Positions 63,118 through 64,000 of a stretch of 64,000 nt of DNA are shown in pieces (positions within the stretch are counted from its first letter, which is position 1; every line of letters begins with the position of its first letter). The notes under the pieces are model-generated. The model saw nothing but the letters and a program-made list of their open reading frames with translations. It searched no databases and had not been told where the DNA came from. Source of the stretch: an uncultured Armatimonadales bacterium (GTDB lineage Bacteria; Armatimonadota; Armatimonadia; Armatimonadales; Capsulimonadaceae); contig CAXSFV010000002.1 in assembly GCA_964236795.1 (NCBI GenBank), positions 58,885 through 122,884 of the forward strand. Reading direction: 5' to 3'. Made by a program: the position numbers and the translations under genes.

Positions 63118-63278
63118 GAGGCGATGCCGTAAACAGCGTCGCTGAGGGGCGCAGACGCTAAGGTCCCGTGGGTAAGGGACAAGAGCAAGACACAATCCAT
63201 ATCTTCCGCCACGAAGGTGGCGGCTTGGCGCTTCGCCCCCCAGCGAGGACGTTCACGCCCTCGTTCATCACGCCCTCG
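63118..63278. repeat. family-1 long-hairpin element (close relative of 44115..44314)
   Basis: Shares the core gacgctaaggtccc..gggacaaga..cttccgccac-gaag-gtggcggcttggcgcttcgccccccagcga. Ends are gcgatgccGTAAACagcgtcgCTG and CAGcgaggacGTTCACgccctcg. Confidence 0.75.
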
Positions 63279-63307
63279 TATTATCTTCGTCCCGCTAGGG
63301 TTATCTC

Positions 63308-64000
63308 ATGCCGCTTTTTGGAAAACGCCCCGTTGATACCGAAGCTGCCGCGCAGGCGGTGAGCGACCAGGACCGTCTGACCAAAGGCAGCCTGCCGCTC
63401 AAAGCCGAGCGGCGACTGACGGAGCTTGCCGAGAACAAGCGCTTCTTTACCAGCAACCTGAGCGTCAATGAGCTGGCCCTCGCCGGAGCGGAAGGCGTGC
63501 GCCCGCTGGGACAGGTCATGGGCAGCACCGTCTACCATGTCGGCTGGCAGTACACGCCGATGTATGCAAGCTCCGAGCTGACCCTGATTTCCCATGCCCA
63601 GACCCACGCCCGGCAGCTTGCCATCTCGCGCTTGCAGCAGGAAGCGCGGCTTCTCGGCGCACACGGCGTCATCGGCGTTCGCCTGGAGCGCAAGTCCTAC
63701 GACTGGGGCGCAAACCTGATTGAGTTCGCCGCATCGGGAACCGCCGTCGCGCTTGACGACCGCCCTGTCCCGGCGCACCCATTCGTGTGTGATCTGTCGG
63801 GACAAGAGTTCTACGCACTGCGCCGGGGCGGCTTTTTTCCGGTCGGCTTCGCGTTCGGAACCTGCACCTACTACCATGTCGCAACCCTCGGCAATCAATA
63901 TGCAAGCCAGAGCTGGGGCAATGTCGAGCTGACCGACTATTCCCAAGCCATCTACCACACCCGGCACTCCGCCATGACCCGCCTCAGCGCCGAAGCAAAC
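63308..64000 (+). CDS. YbjQ/UPF0145 (DUF74) tandem-domain protein, partial (continues past right edge)
   Basis: Hand translation of a frame absent from the ORF track: MPLFGKRPVDTEAAAQ...FTSNLSVNELALAGAEGVRPLGQVMGSTVYHVGWQ...GAHGVIGVRLE...FYALRRGGFFPVGFAFGTCTYY, YbjQ-like repeats. Open through 64000. Confidence 0.65.
   Translation, partial: MPLFGKRPVDTEAAAQAVSDQDRLTKGSLPLKAERRLTELAENKRFFTSNLSVNELALAGAEGVRPLGQVMGSTVYHVGWQYTPMYASSELTLISHAQTHARQLAISRLQQEARLLGAHGVIGVRLERKSYDWGANLIEFAASGTAVALDDRPVPAHPFVCDLSGQEFYALRRGGFFPVGFAFGTCTYYHVATLGNQYASQSWGNVELTDYSQAIYHTRHSAMTRLSAEAN

Noticed and set aside
1-64000. tRNA, rRNA, tmRNA, RNase P or SRP RNA genes
   Set aside because: All intergenic regions longer than 60 nt were read by eye. 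No T-loop (GGTTCGAATCC-like) or other hallmark segments were found, and the spaces are explained by promoters, terminators and the repeat families listed. A covariance-model scan would be needed for certainty.

Overview
GC-rich bacterial chromosomal segment; the phylum cannot be told from sequence alone. I call about 75 protein-coding genes and found no rRNA, tRNA or CRISPR array. The left 10 kb is an exosortase/PEP-CTERM exopolysaccharide locus: TagA-like fragment, EpsI-like, exosortase, PEP-CTERM protein, two GT1/GT4 glycosyltransferases, a SIS isomerase, a 911-aa secreted multi-FN3 protein and an epimerase. The rest is mostly housekeeping: apgM, purC, lepB, thrC, recA, lexA, ubiE plus a polyprenyl synthase, hslV/hslU, a moaD-moaE fusion, rimI, bpt-clpS, yajQ, ftsK, trpF/trpB/trpA, deoC, recO, tatD, aroA. 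The points most worth a second look are as follows. (1) An SOS island, recA / Rad52-DdrA-like Zn-ribbon protein / LysM YneA-like inhibitor / lexA, carries three C(G/A)AAC-N4-GTTTG boxes on canonical promoters. (2) A toxin-like plus immunity-like cassette sits at the 3' end of a PRC-MgtE_N-CBS gene and is bounded by an 81-bp diverged duplication of that gene's tail. (3) An AT-richer run downstream of ftsK (coiled-coil protein, DUF2283, VapBC) is translationally chained into two lycopene-cyclase-domain genes and an ABC-2 exporter. (4) Intergenic structured repeats are unusually dense and diverse: GTAG-headed REPIN doublets and at least five families of 125-200 bp long-hairpin elements, including one between trpB and trpA. 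Functional assignments come from motif recognition by eye, and no database search was run.
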